Positions 1-9,418 of a stretch of DNA of 64,000 bases are shown here, piece by piece. Where the stretch lies: positions 19,484-83,483 of the IMG/VR virus record IMGVR_UViG_3300033073_000736; one strand, given 5' to 3'. The number at the start of each line of letters is the position of its first letter. The stretch's first letter is position 1. The notes under the pieces were generated by a model. The model searched no databases, had not been told where the DNA came from, and was given only the letters and a program-made list of their open reading frames with translations. This DNA comes from a virus. Taxonomy: Duplodnaviria; Caudoviricetes. Both the position numbers and the translations under genes were made by a program.

Positions 1-1
1 T

Positions 2-391
2 ACCTACAAGGATGGCAACCCTATCCCTGACAAGTATGCCCCGAAAGCGTACCTGAAGATTGGAAATAACAAGGTGCAGGACATCACCAAGACCAAGTTG
101 GTTGCAAACGGAAGTACAGGCAAGGCTGCATATGATGTTGTTGAGAACAGTTTTGGTACATTTGCCAAGCTGAACAGCATTTGTGTTGAACACCTGATTG
201 AATACATCCCCGCTGGCGGCTCTGGCAGTCCGTTTGGGACGGTTGTCGAGGATGAAGTGGATGCTGAACGGCAAGAGACGTTTACCGCCCCTCCTGCGGC
301 TCCCACGAAGTCTGGGAAGCCAGCAGCAAAGCCGAAGCAGTCTGAGCCAGAATCGGACGATGATTTTGACGACGAATCGGCTCCGTTCTGA
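2..391 (+). CDS. C-terminal part of probable single-stranded DNA-binding protein (5' end outside window)
   Basis: Open from nt 2; Pro/Lys/Ala linker then acidic tail SDDDFDDESAPF, typical of SSB C-termini; replication context. Confidence 0.55.
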   Translation, partial: TYKDGNPIPDKYAPKAYLKIGNNKVQDITKTKLVANGSTGKAAYDVVENSFGTFAKLNSICVEHLIEYIPAGGSGSPFGTVVEDEVDAERQETFTAPPAAPTKSGKPAAKPKQSEPESDDDFDDESAPF

Positions 392-440
392 TAAATGACG
401 ACAAAGCACAAGGATGTGCTTCTTATGAGGAGAGTAAACA

Positions 441-620
441 ATGAACGAACGTGTTATACTTACAATGACCTTTGACTTGGAAATGGATTCAGAAGACTAC
501 GATCCAGAAGTGGATTATATCCAGCTAGTTACAGATAGGGTTGAAGGGGTGGATTATATGTATAGTGTCGTAAATGCTAACATTATTGCTTATGAAGGAG
601 ATATTGAAGAAAATGACTGA
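441..620 (+). CDS. hypothetical acidic protein (59 aa)
   Basis: GAGGAG RBS, MNERVILTM...EEND*; stop overlaps next ATG. Confidence 0.6.
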   Translation: MNERVILTMTFDLEMDSEDYDPEVDYIQLVTDRVEGVDYMYSVVNANIIAYEGDIEEND

Positions 621-936
621 ACAAAAACGTAATGCCGGAAGGCCCAAATCGGAAGATCGGGCCTCTCTTGACGCCATTATGAAGAATGAAAAGACACGCG
701 ACCAATTCAAGCACGTTGTAGACAACCTTGTAACGTCTAAACTTGGTTTGATGATGAAGCAAGAGACACATTCTTCTGATATTGCGGGTGCTGCTGAAAC
801 ATTCAAACTGTCTAAGGGGTGGTTGAATACATTGGTGAATGGCTTAGCTGCTGACAAGATTCAGGAAGTGGCTGAGAAAGGTAGTTTGATTGCTGAAGCT
901 GTTGAAGAATTGTTTGGCGAAAATTCTGGAGAATAA
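613..936 (+). CDS. putative dsDNA-binding protein, T4 DsbA/GapR-like
   Basis: Helical pattern DI..A.E.F.L.K..LN.LV......EV.E....E..EELF resembles phage DsbA; start reassigned to ATG 613. Confidence 0.45.
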   Translation: MTEQKRNAGRPKSEDRASLDAIMKNEKTRDQFKHVVDNLVTSKLGLMMKQETHSSDIAGAAETFKLSKGWLNTLVNGLAADKIQEVAEKGSLIAEAVEELFGENSGE

Positions 937-939
937 ATA

Positions 940-1944
940 ATGTCTCGTGTGCTGCTTGATGCAGAATTATTCTCATCAATTGATTTGTCTAAACGTACAG
1001 TGGTGATTGATGCGGATACATTGCTGTTTCAAGCAGCCGTGTGTCAGCAAAAAACCACATATCTTGTCACACACATTCCAACAGGTAATGGTGGATGGTT
1101 TGTAGAGAATAAGAAACAATTCAAGGAATGGCTTGAAACAGAAGAAGCTGAAGGGTTTAACGAGGAAGATTATTCCCTCTCTCCTGTTGTTACGTTACAT
1201 GGTGAAATCAGCTATGCCTGCCACACTTTCAGACAAAGGATTGAAGAAATTATTCGGAACACTAATGCTGACGATTTTCGTATATGTATTCAAGGGAGTG
1301 ATAATTTCCGTAAGCAACGAGAAGCTAAGTATGTTCGCTATAAAGCAAATCGAACAGGTGATAAGCCACTGTTGCTGAAAGAGCTTGCTGATTGGGTGAA
1401 GGTGAAGTACAAAGAGAAGTGTATTATTTCACAAGGGGAAGAATCCGATGACATCGTGACACGCTTCTCTGCTTTCTTTCTCAGAAATGCCAAATCTCGT
1501 GACCAGTACAAAGCCGTCATTGCTTTTGTTGATAAGGACATTGCTGCCAATCACATTGGCTGGAGCTACAATTACAACAAACCGGAAGATGGAATCTGGT
1601 GGAACAGCAAGAAAGCAATGCAATACAATCACTGCATGATGGTGTTGACAGGGGATGCTGCTGATAACGTCACTGGTCTTGGTAAGTTGTCACCAGAGAT
1701 TATTGAGAAATACGGCTTGCGTTCTACCAAGGGAGTTGGTAAGGTGAGTGCTGAAGCTATCCTGTCCGGTGCTGAAACAGAAAAGGAACGTTGGGAACGA
1801 ATTATTGAAGCATACAAAGCATCATGGCCTGAAGATGGAATGGAACGTCTGGAAGAGATGAACTGGTTTATGTGGCTTCGTCGGACAGAGAATGAAGATT
1901 TCTGTTTGGATAAGTATTTGAAGAAGATTGGGGTTGAATTATGA
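940..1944 (+). CDS. 5'-3' exonuclease (FEN/T5 D15/T4 RNase H-like)
   Basis: VIDAD, NFR...YKANR, ESDD, DKD, GDAADN..GL.K...VGKVSA motifs. Confidence 0.9.
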   Translation: MSRVLLDAELFSSIDLSKRTVVIDADTLLFQAAVCQQKTTYLVTHIPTGNGGWFVENKKQFKEWLETEEAEGFNEEDYSLSPVVTLHGEISYACHTFRQRIEEIIRNTNADDFRICIQGSDNFRKQREAKYVRYKANRTGDKPLLLKELADWVKVKYKEKCIISQGEESDDIVTRFSAFFLRNAKSRDQYKAVIAFVDKDIAANHIGWSYNYNKPEDGIWWNSKKAMQYNHCMMVLTGDAADNVTGLGKLSPEIIEKYGLRSTKGVGKVSAEAILSGAETEKERWERIIEAYKASWPEDGMERLEEMNWFMWLRRTENEDFCLDKYLKKIGVEL

Positions 1945-2138
1945 CTTACAAAATACAGTCGGCTACAGGTCACGGTACGGCCAAAGAGAAGAGAAGTCAC
2001 CACGGCTGCGAGAAGAACTGGAACCGCTATGGGGAACCTTTTGTACATCTTCTGCATGGTAGGATGAAGTTCCATACAACTGAAGAATGGCTATCGCGTA
2101 AACCTGTACCTACTTTGGAATTGAATTATGACACCTGA
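1941..2138 (+). CDS. hypothetical protein
   Basis: Coupled ORF in operon. Confidence 0.55.
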   Translation: MTYKIQSATGHGTAKEKRSHHGCEKNWNRYGEPFVHLLHGRMKFHTTEEWLSRKPVPTLELNYDT

Positions 2139-2652
2139 TAACTCTGTAAAACTCCGTGTTGGCGACATCGTTCGGTGGGAGTATGTTGAAAACAAGTACA
2201 CACCTGACCGCTACTGGTGTTGTTCCTGTATTGCTGAAGTGTTTGAGAATTTGGACGGGGAGTTGTGGCTGCATGATACCTATTGGGGAGATAGTAGTAA
2301 CGGAAGAAGTTTCAGTGTAGATGAAATTGGCTCAAAAATTGAAGTGGAGTTCATTGCCAACATGAGCGACTTGGTTGCTTGCCGTGAAAGCGAATTTGCA
2401 ATGTATTCTAAAGAAGATTGTGTCAACCTCTCTCACCCAAACAGTAGAGGGCTTTACTATCTTCGCAAAGGTGCTAAGAAAGACGCAGGTAGGATAAGAC
2501 GTTGCCTTGAGGCACACAAGGAATATTATTTGAGGCAAAGTGAATACAACCGACAATACGCTGAAGATATGCAGAAGCGAATTGATACTTTTGATGAAAG
2601 CGATTTAGACAACATCTACCTTCCGAACGAAAAGAACGTATGGTGGAAATAG
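2128..2652 (+). CDS. hypothetical protein with N-terminal SH3/KOW-like LRVGDIV motif
   Basis: 174-aa coupled ORF. Confidence 0.6.
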   Translation: MTPDNSVKLRVGDIVRWEYVENKYTPDRYWCCSCIAEVFENLDGELWLHDTYWGDSSNGRSFSVDEIGSKIEVEFIANMSDLVACRESEFAMYSKEDCVNLSHPNSRGLYYLRKGAKKDAGRIRRCLEAHKEYYLRQSEYNRQYAEDMQKRIDTFDESDLDNIYLPNEKNVWWK

Positions 2653-2653
2653 A

Positions 2654-2902
2654 ATGATAATCAACACATACAAAGCCTACATTGCCACCAAACACGATGG
2701 CTCTCCAATCGTGGCCAGACGCATTTCCACATCTGGTTGGGCTTGGTATACTGTAGGACGCCACGGACAAATCGTGTCACCAGAGATTCCAGAAGAACAT
2801 CTGAAGAACTTCAGCATGATTGTACAAGGAAGTATGAAAGAAGGGTGGGCGACGGAGACGGTTTATGAAATTGCTATGCAAGAAGGGGAAGAATGTGTCT
2901 AA
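2654..2902 (+). CDS. hypothetical protein
   Basis: Coupled ORF. Confidence 0.55.
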   Translation: MIINTYKAYIATKHDGSPIVARRISTSGWAWYTVGRHGQIVSPEIPEEHLKNFSMIVQGSMKEGWATETVYEIAMQEGEECV

Positions 2903-3485
2903 GAAAAAGGAGTACCAAGATAAGTTTCCAAACAAGGTGTGGCTAGACATGCCTGAAGTTTGGAAGACAGAGGCGGAATACTGGAAATACTTGCGTGGGC
3001 AAATGCGGAACATTTGGCGGTTCTTCCCTGTGAAGAACAAGTTCAAGGCGATGCAAATGGTTCCAGTATTTGAGGGGTGTGGAGTTACCAATCCGAAAGT
3101 TAAGAAGGTTGGGCAATGTGCTTACTGTAAGAAATGGTTTGCAGCAAACAAACTACAAGTTGACCATATAGAACCGGCAGGTTCATTTAAGAGTTACGAG
3201 CAAGCGGCAGAATTTATATACAATTTGCTTACACCGATGTCTAATATGCAACTCTTGTGTGAAGATAACTGTCATTGCCTTAAGACCTACAGTGAACGCA
3301 TGGGGATGAGCATGGAAGATGCTATTATCGAAAAGCAATGTGTTGCCTTCGGTAAACTTCCAGCAGCAGAGCAATCAAAGCGATTCATTGAGATTGGAAT
3401 CAATCCAGATGAATATAGCACCAAGGAAAAGCGTAGGGACGCATATCGTGAACATTTAAAAACGGAGCGTGACAAAAATGCGTGA
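2895..3485 (+). CDS. HNH-family endonuclease
   Basis: CAYC...LQVDHIEP...N.QLLCEDNCHCLKT; GTG start after RBS. Confidence 0.8.
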   Translation: MSKKKEYQDKFPNKVWLDMPEVWKTEAEYWKYLRGQMRNIWRFFPVKNKFKAMQMVPVFEGCGVTNPKVKKVGQCAYCKKWFAANKLQVDHIEPAGSFKSYEQAAEFIYNLLTPMSNMQLLCEDNCHCLKTYSERMGMSMEDAIIEKQCVAFGKLPAAEQSKRFIEIGINPDEYSTKEKRRDAYREHLKTERDKNA

Positions 3486-3690
3486 CCTAAAACCAACATA
3501 TCGCGTGGCTGAACGTAATGCGGTGTGTCGTTCCTGTAGTAAGACGATTGAGAAAGGTGAAAAAATGGTGAGTTGGTTCTCTCATTTGAACTCAGGCATG
3601 TGGATTCATCTTTGTAAGGACTGCTGCGCCCATCTCCGCAATCTAACTTTGGATGACAAAAATGCGCCTGATATTCAAGCAGACATTTGA
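3478..3690 (+). CDS. small zinc-finger protein
   Basis: CRSC...HLCKDC. Confidence 0.6.
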   Translation: MRDLKPTYRVAERNAVCRSCSKTIEKGEKMVSWFSHLNSGMWIHLCKDCCAHLRNLTLDDKNAPDIQADI

Positions 3691-3883
3691 TGACAGAATG
3701 TTTCGTAACAAATATGGAATCCTGTTGAATGATAAATCCTTCACTGAGAAAGCCCTGAATGTTGCTGGCTTCTCCAACCCCTTGCCGAAAGGGTTGGCAT
3801 TGTATTATTATGCACTGGCTGGACAAGGGAGGGTGGTGGTGGAAATATATAAGTACAGTGATAATGATGAGGAGAAGAGTTGA
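3653..3883 (+). CDS. hypothetical protein
   Basis: Coupled ORF. Confidence 0.5.
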   Translation: MTKMRLIFKQTFDDRMFRNKYGILLNDKSFTEKALNVAGFSNPLPKGLALYYYALAGQGRVVVEIYKYSDNDEEKS

Positions 3884-4827
3884 TGCAACTAACAACGCCT
3901 GAATGGCTTGACAAATATAAAGAACTGGTTGCATCTGGTCTTAGCCAGCGGCAGGCTTGTGCAATCCTTGGACTTGCTCGTGCTACAGTTTATGATACGT
4001 TGAAGAAGCAGCAAGAAATGGACAATATCGCTACAGGGGAGAAGTCAAAGGGAATGCGTGTTCTTCTATGGGATATTGAGTCCGCCCCCCACCTCGGTTA
4101 TTTCTGGTCACGATGGAAGCAGAACATCGGTAGCAACCAGATTGAGCAGGAAGGTGGGTACATGCTCAGTGCCGCATGGAAGTGGCTCGGAGAGGAAGAA
4201 GTGTTTCACGTTTGGGCAGATGACCCAGTACAAGGGAACGATGCCAATATCTGTGCAACCTTGTATGAGGTGATTGAGCAAGCTGATGTTATTATCGGAC
4301 ACAATCAAAACTCATTCGACTATCCAATGCTGAATGCGCGACTTGTACAGAATGGCTTCCCTCCGCTGAAGAATGTCAAGAAGATTGATACACTGCTAAT
4401 TGCAAAGAAGAACTTTCGATTTGCAACGAACAAACTCGATGACCTTGGAAAGTATCTTGGTGTTGGGCGCAAGATTGATACTGGGGGGTTTGAACTGTGG
4501 CATCGTGTAATCACTGGGGATAAGGATGCTCTTGCTGAAATGGTGGACTACAACCGGCAAGATGTTGTTCTACTTGAGCGTGTCTATCTGAAACTGCGGG
4601 CATTTGATTACAATCCTGCTGCCAATGCCGGTCACTATTACAACGACAATCTTTCTCGTTGTCCTGTATGTGGTAGTAGTGATGTGGAAGAAACTGGTAA
4701 TGCTTCCTACACCCCTGTCAGCAAGTTCGCAGAGATGGTTTGCAATGATTGTGGCCACCGAAGCCGGAAGCGACAGACATTGAATGACAAGGAAAAGCGA
4801 TACAACATGTTAATCACACCAAAATAA
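3880..4827 (+). CDS. DnaQ/RNase H-like 3'-5' exonuclease with N-terminal HTH and C-terminal Zn ribbon
   Basis: ExoI WDIES, ExoII GHNQNSFD, ExoIII YNRQDV; QRQACAILGLARATV HTH; CPVC..CNDC. Confidence 0.85.
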   Translation: MMQLTTPEWLDKYKELVASGLSQRQACAILGLARATVYDTLKKQQEMDNIATGEKSKGMRVLLWDIESAPHLGYFWSRWKQNIGSNQIEQEGGYMLSAAWKWLGEEEVFHVWADDPVQGNDANICATLYEVIEQADVIIGHNQNSFDYPMLNARLVQNGFPPLKNVKKIDTLLIAKKNFRFATNKLDDLGKYLGVGRKIDTGGFELWHRVITGDKDALAEMVDYNRQDVVLLERVYLKLRAFDYNPAANAGHYYNDNLSRCPVCGSSDVEETGNASYTPVSKFAEMVCNDCGHRSRKRQTLNDKEKRYNMLITPK

Positions 4828-4842
4828 AATGTTACATTATAA

Positions 4843-4882
4843 CGCTCTGGCAGCCTAACGGTTGTCAGGGCTTTTTCTTTTT
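4843..4882 (+). terminator. intrinsic terminator
   Basis: GCTCTGGCAGCC-TAAC-GGTTGTCAGGGC followed by T tract. Confidence 0.85.
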
Positions 4883-4901
4883 GTGCTGTGTAAAAATGTT
4901 G

Positions 4902-4930
4902 TTGACACGAGGAATGAAGGGAAGTAAGAT
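4902..4930 (+). promoter_or_regulatory. sigma70 promoter
   Basis: TTGACA-17-TAAGAT. Confidence 0.8.
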
Positions 4931-4962
4931 GAGTCATCAAGACAAACAACTGGAGCAATATT

Positions 4963-5178
4963 ATGTCTTGCATTATCTTAGACGCAGGTGCATATCAGAT
5001 GGCCGTCAATGTCCTCGAACGTGCTGGAAAGCACGAGGTTGTTGATGAGTTAAGGAAGACGGCTCGTATTATCGAACAACCAAAGAAGCAATGCTGCTGT
5101 TGTGGTACAACCGAAAACCTCTTTAAAGACGGTTGGTACGGATGGCGTTGTAATAGCACAGGTTGTATAGTTTTCTAA
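4963..5178 (+). CDS. hypothetical Cys-rich protein
   Basis: GGAG RBS; first gene after promoter. Confidence 0.6.
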   Translation: MSCIILDAGAYQMAVNVLERAGKHEVVDELRKTARIIEQPKKQCCCCGTTENLFKDGWYGWRCNSTGCIVF

Positions 5179-5192
5179 AAGAGGAAGCAGTC

Positions 5193-5522
5193 ATGTACAC
5201 AATCACATTCACAGCAACATTCCCTGAAACACTTGCCAAGGCAATTCGTGAAACATTCTCCAAGCCGGGAATGTCTTGGCGGAACATGTCATTGCCACAG
5301 GAAATGTCTATCTGGCAATCAATGGTTTTCAGACGCTTTGCCAATCACAGGGACAGTTATTACATTGGCGGGTGTTATGGCGAGAAAGATGTGTTGCTTT
5401 GGCAAGGAAATACAGTTACAATGACTTCAACAATTCCAGCAGCAGAGAGTGATTTAGAGTGGTTGCTTGGCGACATGCTGGAGCAATGTGCTAGTTTAGA
5501 TTGGACAATCGGAGAAGAATGA
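5193..5522 (+). CDS. hypothetical protein
   Basis: GAGG RBS, ATG 5193. Confidence 0.6.
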   Translation: MYTITFTATFPETLAKAIRETFSKPGMSWRNMSLPQEMSIWQSMVFRRFANHRDSYYIGGCYGEKDVLLWQGNTVTMTSTIPAAESDLEWLLGDMLEQCASLDWTIGEE

Positions 5523-6169
5523 GAATGAGTGTTCTTGAACACAACCCATTTAAGGTGGGTGATAAGGTGAGTTTGAAGCAGAGTAGTTATGATTTTAACC
5601 CTAGACTTTGGGACGCATACAGGGGCTACGAATACTCTTTCGTTACTGCTGTTGATGGCAATAAGATCACTACAAGTGAAGACAAGTCCTTCAGCCACTA
5701 CACACATTTCGACTTTTACAAAGAGGAAAAAGACATGACTCCACAAACAACTCAACAAACACAGCAAAAGACCAAGCGTGTTCCATTTACACATGAATTG
5801 TGGGAGAAGTGGAAAGACAAGGGTGGAAAGGTGATTTGTGTCCCAACAGGAAAGCAAGTGTTACAACTTGCATATTTCCCTGAAGCTGACCATCGTTATC
5901 GCTATGTGTGTTTGACAACACTTGGAAGCTGTACACACGCGACGGATACTGAATATCTTGCGCTTGAAATCCCTGTCACAACCAAACGCATTCCGTTCAA
6001 CCCTGAATTGAAAGATGCTAAAGTGTTTACTAAAAGTCATAACCGCTTGGTTAAAGAGTGGCACATGTTTAGCACAGGGGTGGTGGCTACTCTTTGTGAG
6101 ACTGACATCGTTGTGACCAAACATGACTGTGGTGAACTTGAAATGGAAGTTGAAGAAGATGCCCCCTGA
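5519..6169 (+). CDS. hypothetical protein with SH3-like N-terminus and internal KR(V/I)PF repeat
   Basis: FKVGDKV; two KR(V/I)PF-initiated segments. Confidence 0.6.
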   Translation: MRMSVLEHNPFKVGDKVSLKQSSYDFNPRLWDAYRGYEYSFVTAVDGNKITTSEDKSFSHYTHFDFYKEEKDMTPQTTQQTQQKTKRVPFTHELWEKWKDKGGKVICVPTGKQVLQLAYFPEADHRYRYVCLTTLGSCTHATDTEYLALEIPVTTKRIPFNPELKDAKVFTKSHNRLVKEWHMFSTGVVATLCETDIVVTKHDCGELEMEVEEDAP

Positions 6170-6404
6170 ATCAAACACACCTGACAGCACTGTACACTTC
6201 ACATTGTATCATCACATCCAGTATGATATTGTCAATGCTAGTGCTTATGAGAGAGACACTATCGTTGCTAAGCTATGTGACAGTACGGTGGAGCAACGTT
6301 TCAATTCCGTCCCTGAAGCCCTTATTTGGCTTTTTGAGAAAGAGACTGGAAAGCAGCTTAAAGTGAAGCATTATTTTTCCGGGGCATTGCCATGTGCAAA
6401 ATGA
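6159..6404 (+). CDS. hypothetical protein
   Basis: Coupled ORF. Confidence 0.55.
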   Translation: MPPESNTPDSTVHFTLYHHIQYDIVNASAYERDTIVAKLCDSTVEQRFNSVPEALIWLFEKETGKQLKVKHYFSGALPCAK

Positions 6405-6589
6405 CTGGTTTTGATGTAATCTACGGAATTGCGGGAGTGACAATTGATCCGCATTGCTGTCGTAGAAATGATGGATGTACAGGTGGCGTAACGCTTGACG
6501 AGGCTTGTGAACTTGTGGCACAGTGGCATGAAGAGCAGGCTAATCTGTGGCGCAACCAAAAGCACCCTGACGCACAATATTTTGTTTGA
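6401..6589 (+). CDS. hypothetical protein
   Basis: Coupled ORF. Confidence 0.55.
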   Translation: MTGFDVIYGIAGVTIDPHCCRRNDGCTGGVTLDEACELVAQWHEEQANLWRNQKHPDAQYFV

Positions 6590-6601
6590 GGGAATGAGGA
6601 A

Positions 6602-6793
6602 ATGAATCTGACAAAAGCAGAGCGTGAGTTTTTGGCCACTCTGTTGCTACACCGAGCCAATGCGCTTGTCTCTTGCTGTGAACAAATTGGAATGGATTGT
6701 AGAGATAAGCACGACATTGAATACATGCGATTTCTTGCTTGCAAGTTGTCTGGTAAGCGTAAAATCATTGCATATAAAACCTTGAGGAAGTGA
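6602..6793 (+). CDS. hypothetical protein
   Basis: GAGG RBS. Confidence 0.55.
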   Translation: MNLTKAEREFLATLLLHRANALVSCCEQIGMDCRDKHDIEYMRFLACKLSGKRKIIAYKTLRK

Positions 6794-6796
6794 ACA

Positions 6797-7081
6797 ATGA
6801 AGAAACTTGAACCAAAGACAGGGGAGTGGATTTACCTGAACGAACGCTACGAAGTGTGTAGCAGCAACGGGTGTTGTACGATTGGTGAAATCTATCTTGA
6901 CCACATGGAAGATGAGTGGGTGTTTGATATTGAAACACGAGAACGTGTTGGTGGGAGTGTGTATTACACTGGCGAGATGGAAGAGATTAATCGTTTGTTG
7001 AATATCTTGAACAAGCGTGATAAGTTGGGTAAGTACAAACGTGTTGTAGATAAGAAAGAAGGGGAAGAAGGTGATGAGTGA
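6797..7081 (+). CDS. hypothetical protein
   Basis: GAGG RBS. Confidence 0.55.
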   Translation: MKKLEPKTGEWIYLNERYEVCSSNGCCTIGEIYLDHMEDEWVFDIETRERVGGSVYYTGEMEEINRLLNILNKRDKLGKYKRVVDKKEGEEGDE

Positions 7082-7637
7082 GTTTAAGATTGGGGACAGG
7101 GTGGTTCTGTTGACAGATGATTACGTAGGACACGGTGCAAACCAAGGTGCTACTGGAGTTGTGAAAAACTTTTATTCATCCTGCATTGGGGTAGAATTTG
7201 ATACAAAGGTTAATGGTCACTCACTAAATGGAGAATTGAGTAATAGGAACGGTTTATATGTTACTATTCATTCTATTGCGCCACTTGAGGATAAAGCCGA
7301 AGATAAAATGTCCACTATTAAAACCGGAGGCAGTACGCCAAACCAATATCGCCTTTCTGTCAACTTGCCATTAACATCTGACCGGACACAATTTGTTGAT
7401 GTTGATTTGGAAGCACTGGATGTAATTGATGCTCTGGATTTGTCAGGGAACCTGAAAGATGTGCAGAAGGCGTTGTTCCGCATGGGGAAGAAAGACGGTG
7501 TAAGCGATGCTTACGACCTTAACAAATGCCTCTTCTACATCTTGCGTGAGATGAAGAAACGTGACATTATTAGTCATGCGAAGTTTTGGGAAGTTAGTGA
7601 GATGTTGGAGAAGATATTAAATGGGAGGGGGGAATGA
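7074..7637 (+). CDS. SH3-like N-terminal domain fused to DUF3310-like domain
   Basis: FKIGDRV; GGST..QY...EALDVIDAL...KA.FR.GKK.G....YDLNK..FY. Confidence 0.55.
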   Translation: MSEFKIGDRVVLLTDDYVGHGANQGATGVVKNFYSSCIGVEFDTKVNGHSLNGELSNRNGLYVTIHSIAPLEDKAEDKMSTIKTGGSTPNQYRLSVNLPLTSDRTQFVDVDLEALDVIDALDLSGNLKDVQKALFRMGKKDGVSDAYDLNKCLFYILREMKKRDIISHAKFWEVSEMLEKILNGRGE

Positions 7638-7801
7638 TGGATTGGTTTATAGGTGTTATTGTTTCGGTGGTAATATTTTGCATGGTGGTGCTTGGTTTCG
7701 CTATGGGGAAGGGGAGTGCTGCCTCTGATTGCCGGGATTTTGGGGCTTTTAAAGTGGGAGATCAACGATATGTTTGTAGTGTAGATGAGAGAGCAAAATG
7801 A
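7634..7801 (+). CDS. small membrane protein
   Basis: One hydrophobic helix; ATGA overlaps at both ends. Confidence 0.55.
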   Translation: MMDWFIGVIVSVVIFCMVVLGFAMGKGSAASDCRDFGAFKVGDQRYVCSVDERAK

Positions 7802-8076
7802 ATAACCGAACATATCGTGACTTATGCCCACAAGGGACACCAGAAGCAATTAGACGTAAACACAACATTGGAGACATCTTCCTTAACCAAGTAAAATGCC
7901 TTGTCTGCGGAGATGTTATTACGTCCAATCATCGACATGATTTTGTTTGGTGTAGTTGTAAAAGTATTGCTGTGGATGGTGGGAGTTGGATGAACAGACG
8001 ACTATTCAACGATGTCCACATGATTGAAGAAATGAGTGTTCCATATGAACAAGACGTTGCAAGCAACATTGAATAA
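7798..8076 (+). CDS. zinc-ribbon protein (common phage family)
   Basis: KCLVCGD..S.HRHDFVWCSC..IAVDGG. Confidence 0.7.
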   Translation: MNNRTYRDLCPQGTPEAIRRKHNIGDIFLNQVKCLVCGDVITSNHRHDFVWCSCKSIAVDGGSWMNRRLFNDVHMIEEMSVPYEQDVASNIE

Positions 8077-8130
8077 TGTTATGCTTATTGTCTGGCTTGA
8101 TTAAAACTGAGGAAGTGAGAGAGACGTAAA

Positions 8131-8778
8131 ATGAAGAAATCTGAATGGGTTGTAGCACTTGTTGAAGACTGTGGATATGACAAGGGTGATAAAATGAAAG
8201 TGTTCGGGGATTCATATATTGATAATGACGGGGATGACAGGGACTTGCAGCTGGCGTTGAGGAACAAGTGGGTTGAGTTTACAGACCACAACTACTCTCT
8301 CAAGAAGTTTGAGAAAGACATTCGTAAGTTCAACGAACGCTGCGGGAATGTTGATTGTACACCTAAAATGTCTCTTGCTGAAACGTGTTCCGTTGTCTTG
8401 CCACAAGCTAAAGTGATTGTGGAAGAGGCTAAAGAATTGCTGAAAGCCTGTGAAGACCAGAATGAGCAAGAGCTACTGGACGGTGCAGTCGATACGTGTG
8501 TCACAGCATTGCGATTGCTTTCGTTGCTTGGAAAGCGTTATGATTTGATGAGGGCAGCAGAGATGGTGATGGAGAATAATCGTCTGAAATACACAAAAGA
8601 TGTAATTCTCGCAAATAACCGGGCAATGAAGTCAGATGGAAGTTGGCTGGGATTTGATATTATCAGCACAGAACAAAAAGGAATCACCTACTACTGCCTG
8701 AAAGACCAGAACGGGAAGATTCGTAAGTGGGAAGGATTTCCTAAAGTGGAACTGAATGTTGAGGAATTGCGGAAATGA
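8131..8778 (+). CDS. MazG-like all-alpha NTP pyrophosphohydrolase
   Basis: EEAKEL...E.LDG..D...; V.ENN..KY; KIRK. Confidence 0.7.
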   Translation: MKKSEWVVALVEDCGYDKGDKMKVFGDSYIDNDGDDRDLQLALRNKWVEFTDHNYSLKKFEKDIRKFNERCGNVDCTPKMSLAETCSVVLPQAKVIVEEAKELLKACEDQNEQELLDGAVDTCVTALRLLSLLGKRYDLMRAAEMVMENNRLKYTKDVILANNRAMKSDGSWLGFDIISTEQKGITYYCLKDQNGKIRKWEGFPKVELNVEELRK

Positions 8779-8987
8779 CACAACAGAAAACCGAAATTGA
8801 TAGTGAACTTGTTGGACATCTGTACGCAGCAGCTTGTCAACTTTGCTCAACAGCAAAGATTGTGGAAGATGTCTGGTTTAAGGAATCTGCTTCATGTATG
8901 AAGCAGAGTATTGTAGAAATGCGTGAAGTGTTAGACCAGTTTTCGATGGTTTTGTATAATCTAGAAAAACAAACGAATGAACATTGA
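8775..8987 (+). CDS. hypothetical protein
   Basis: Coupled ORF. Confidence 0.5.
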   Translation: MTQQKTEIDSELVGHLYAAACQLCSTAKIVEDVWFKESASCMKQSIVEMREVLDQFSMVLYNLEKQTNEH

Positions 8988-9183
8988 AATCGGACAACCT
9001 ATCATCTGGATGGGAAATAATTGTGTTGTTGAATCCATCATCCCACATGAAGATGGAAGAACAGAGGTTGGTATTGCCCTGAATGGCAGAGTGTACTATG
9101 ATTGGTTGAGTGAAATAACTATTGCAGAGGAAGAAGAAAATGCCCGAGACAAAGCGAATTATTGTGAAGATCACTGTACCTGA
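8977..9183 (+). CDS. hypothetical protein
   Basis: Coupled ORF. Confidence 0.5.
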   Translation: MNIEIGQPIIWMGNNCVVESIIPHEDGRTEVGIALNGRVYYDWLSEITIAEEEENARDKANYCEDHCT

Positions 9184-9418
9184 ACACAGTGATTGGAGCA
9201 TGGAAGAAGTGGCTGAAGATGTGGAAACGGCTATTATGGAAGTGATTGACTACTATGATGTACTGGCAGAGATTCAGTGATGGAGTTTCAATAGGTGGGT
9301 AAAACATATCGTGCCTCTGATTGTGATAGCGAAATGCTGAATGAGAAAGAAGCAAAGCAACAAGCCAAACAACGTAAACGTGCTGTGAAAGAGCAGCGTG
9401 ACAAACGGAAACAGAAGT

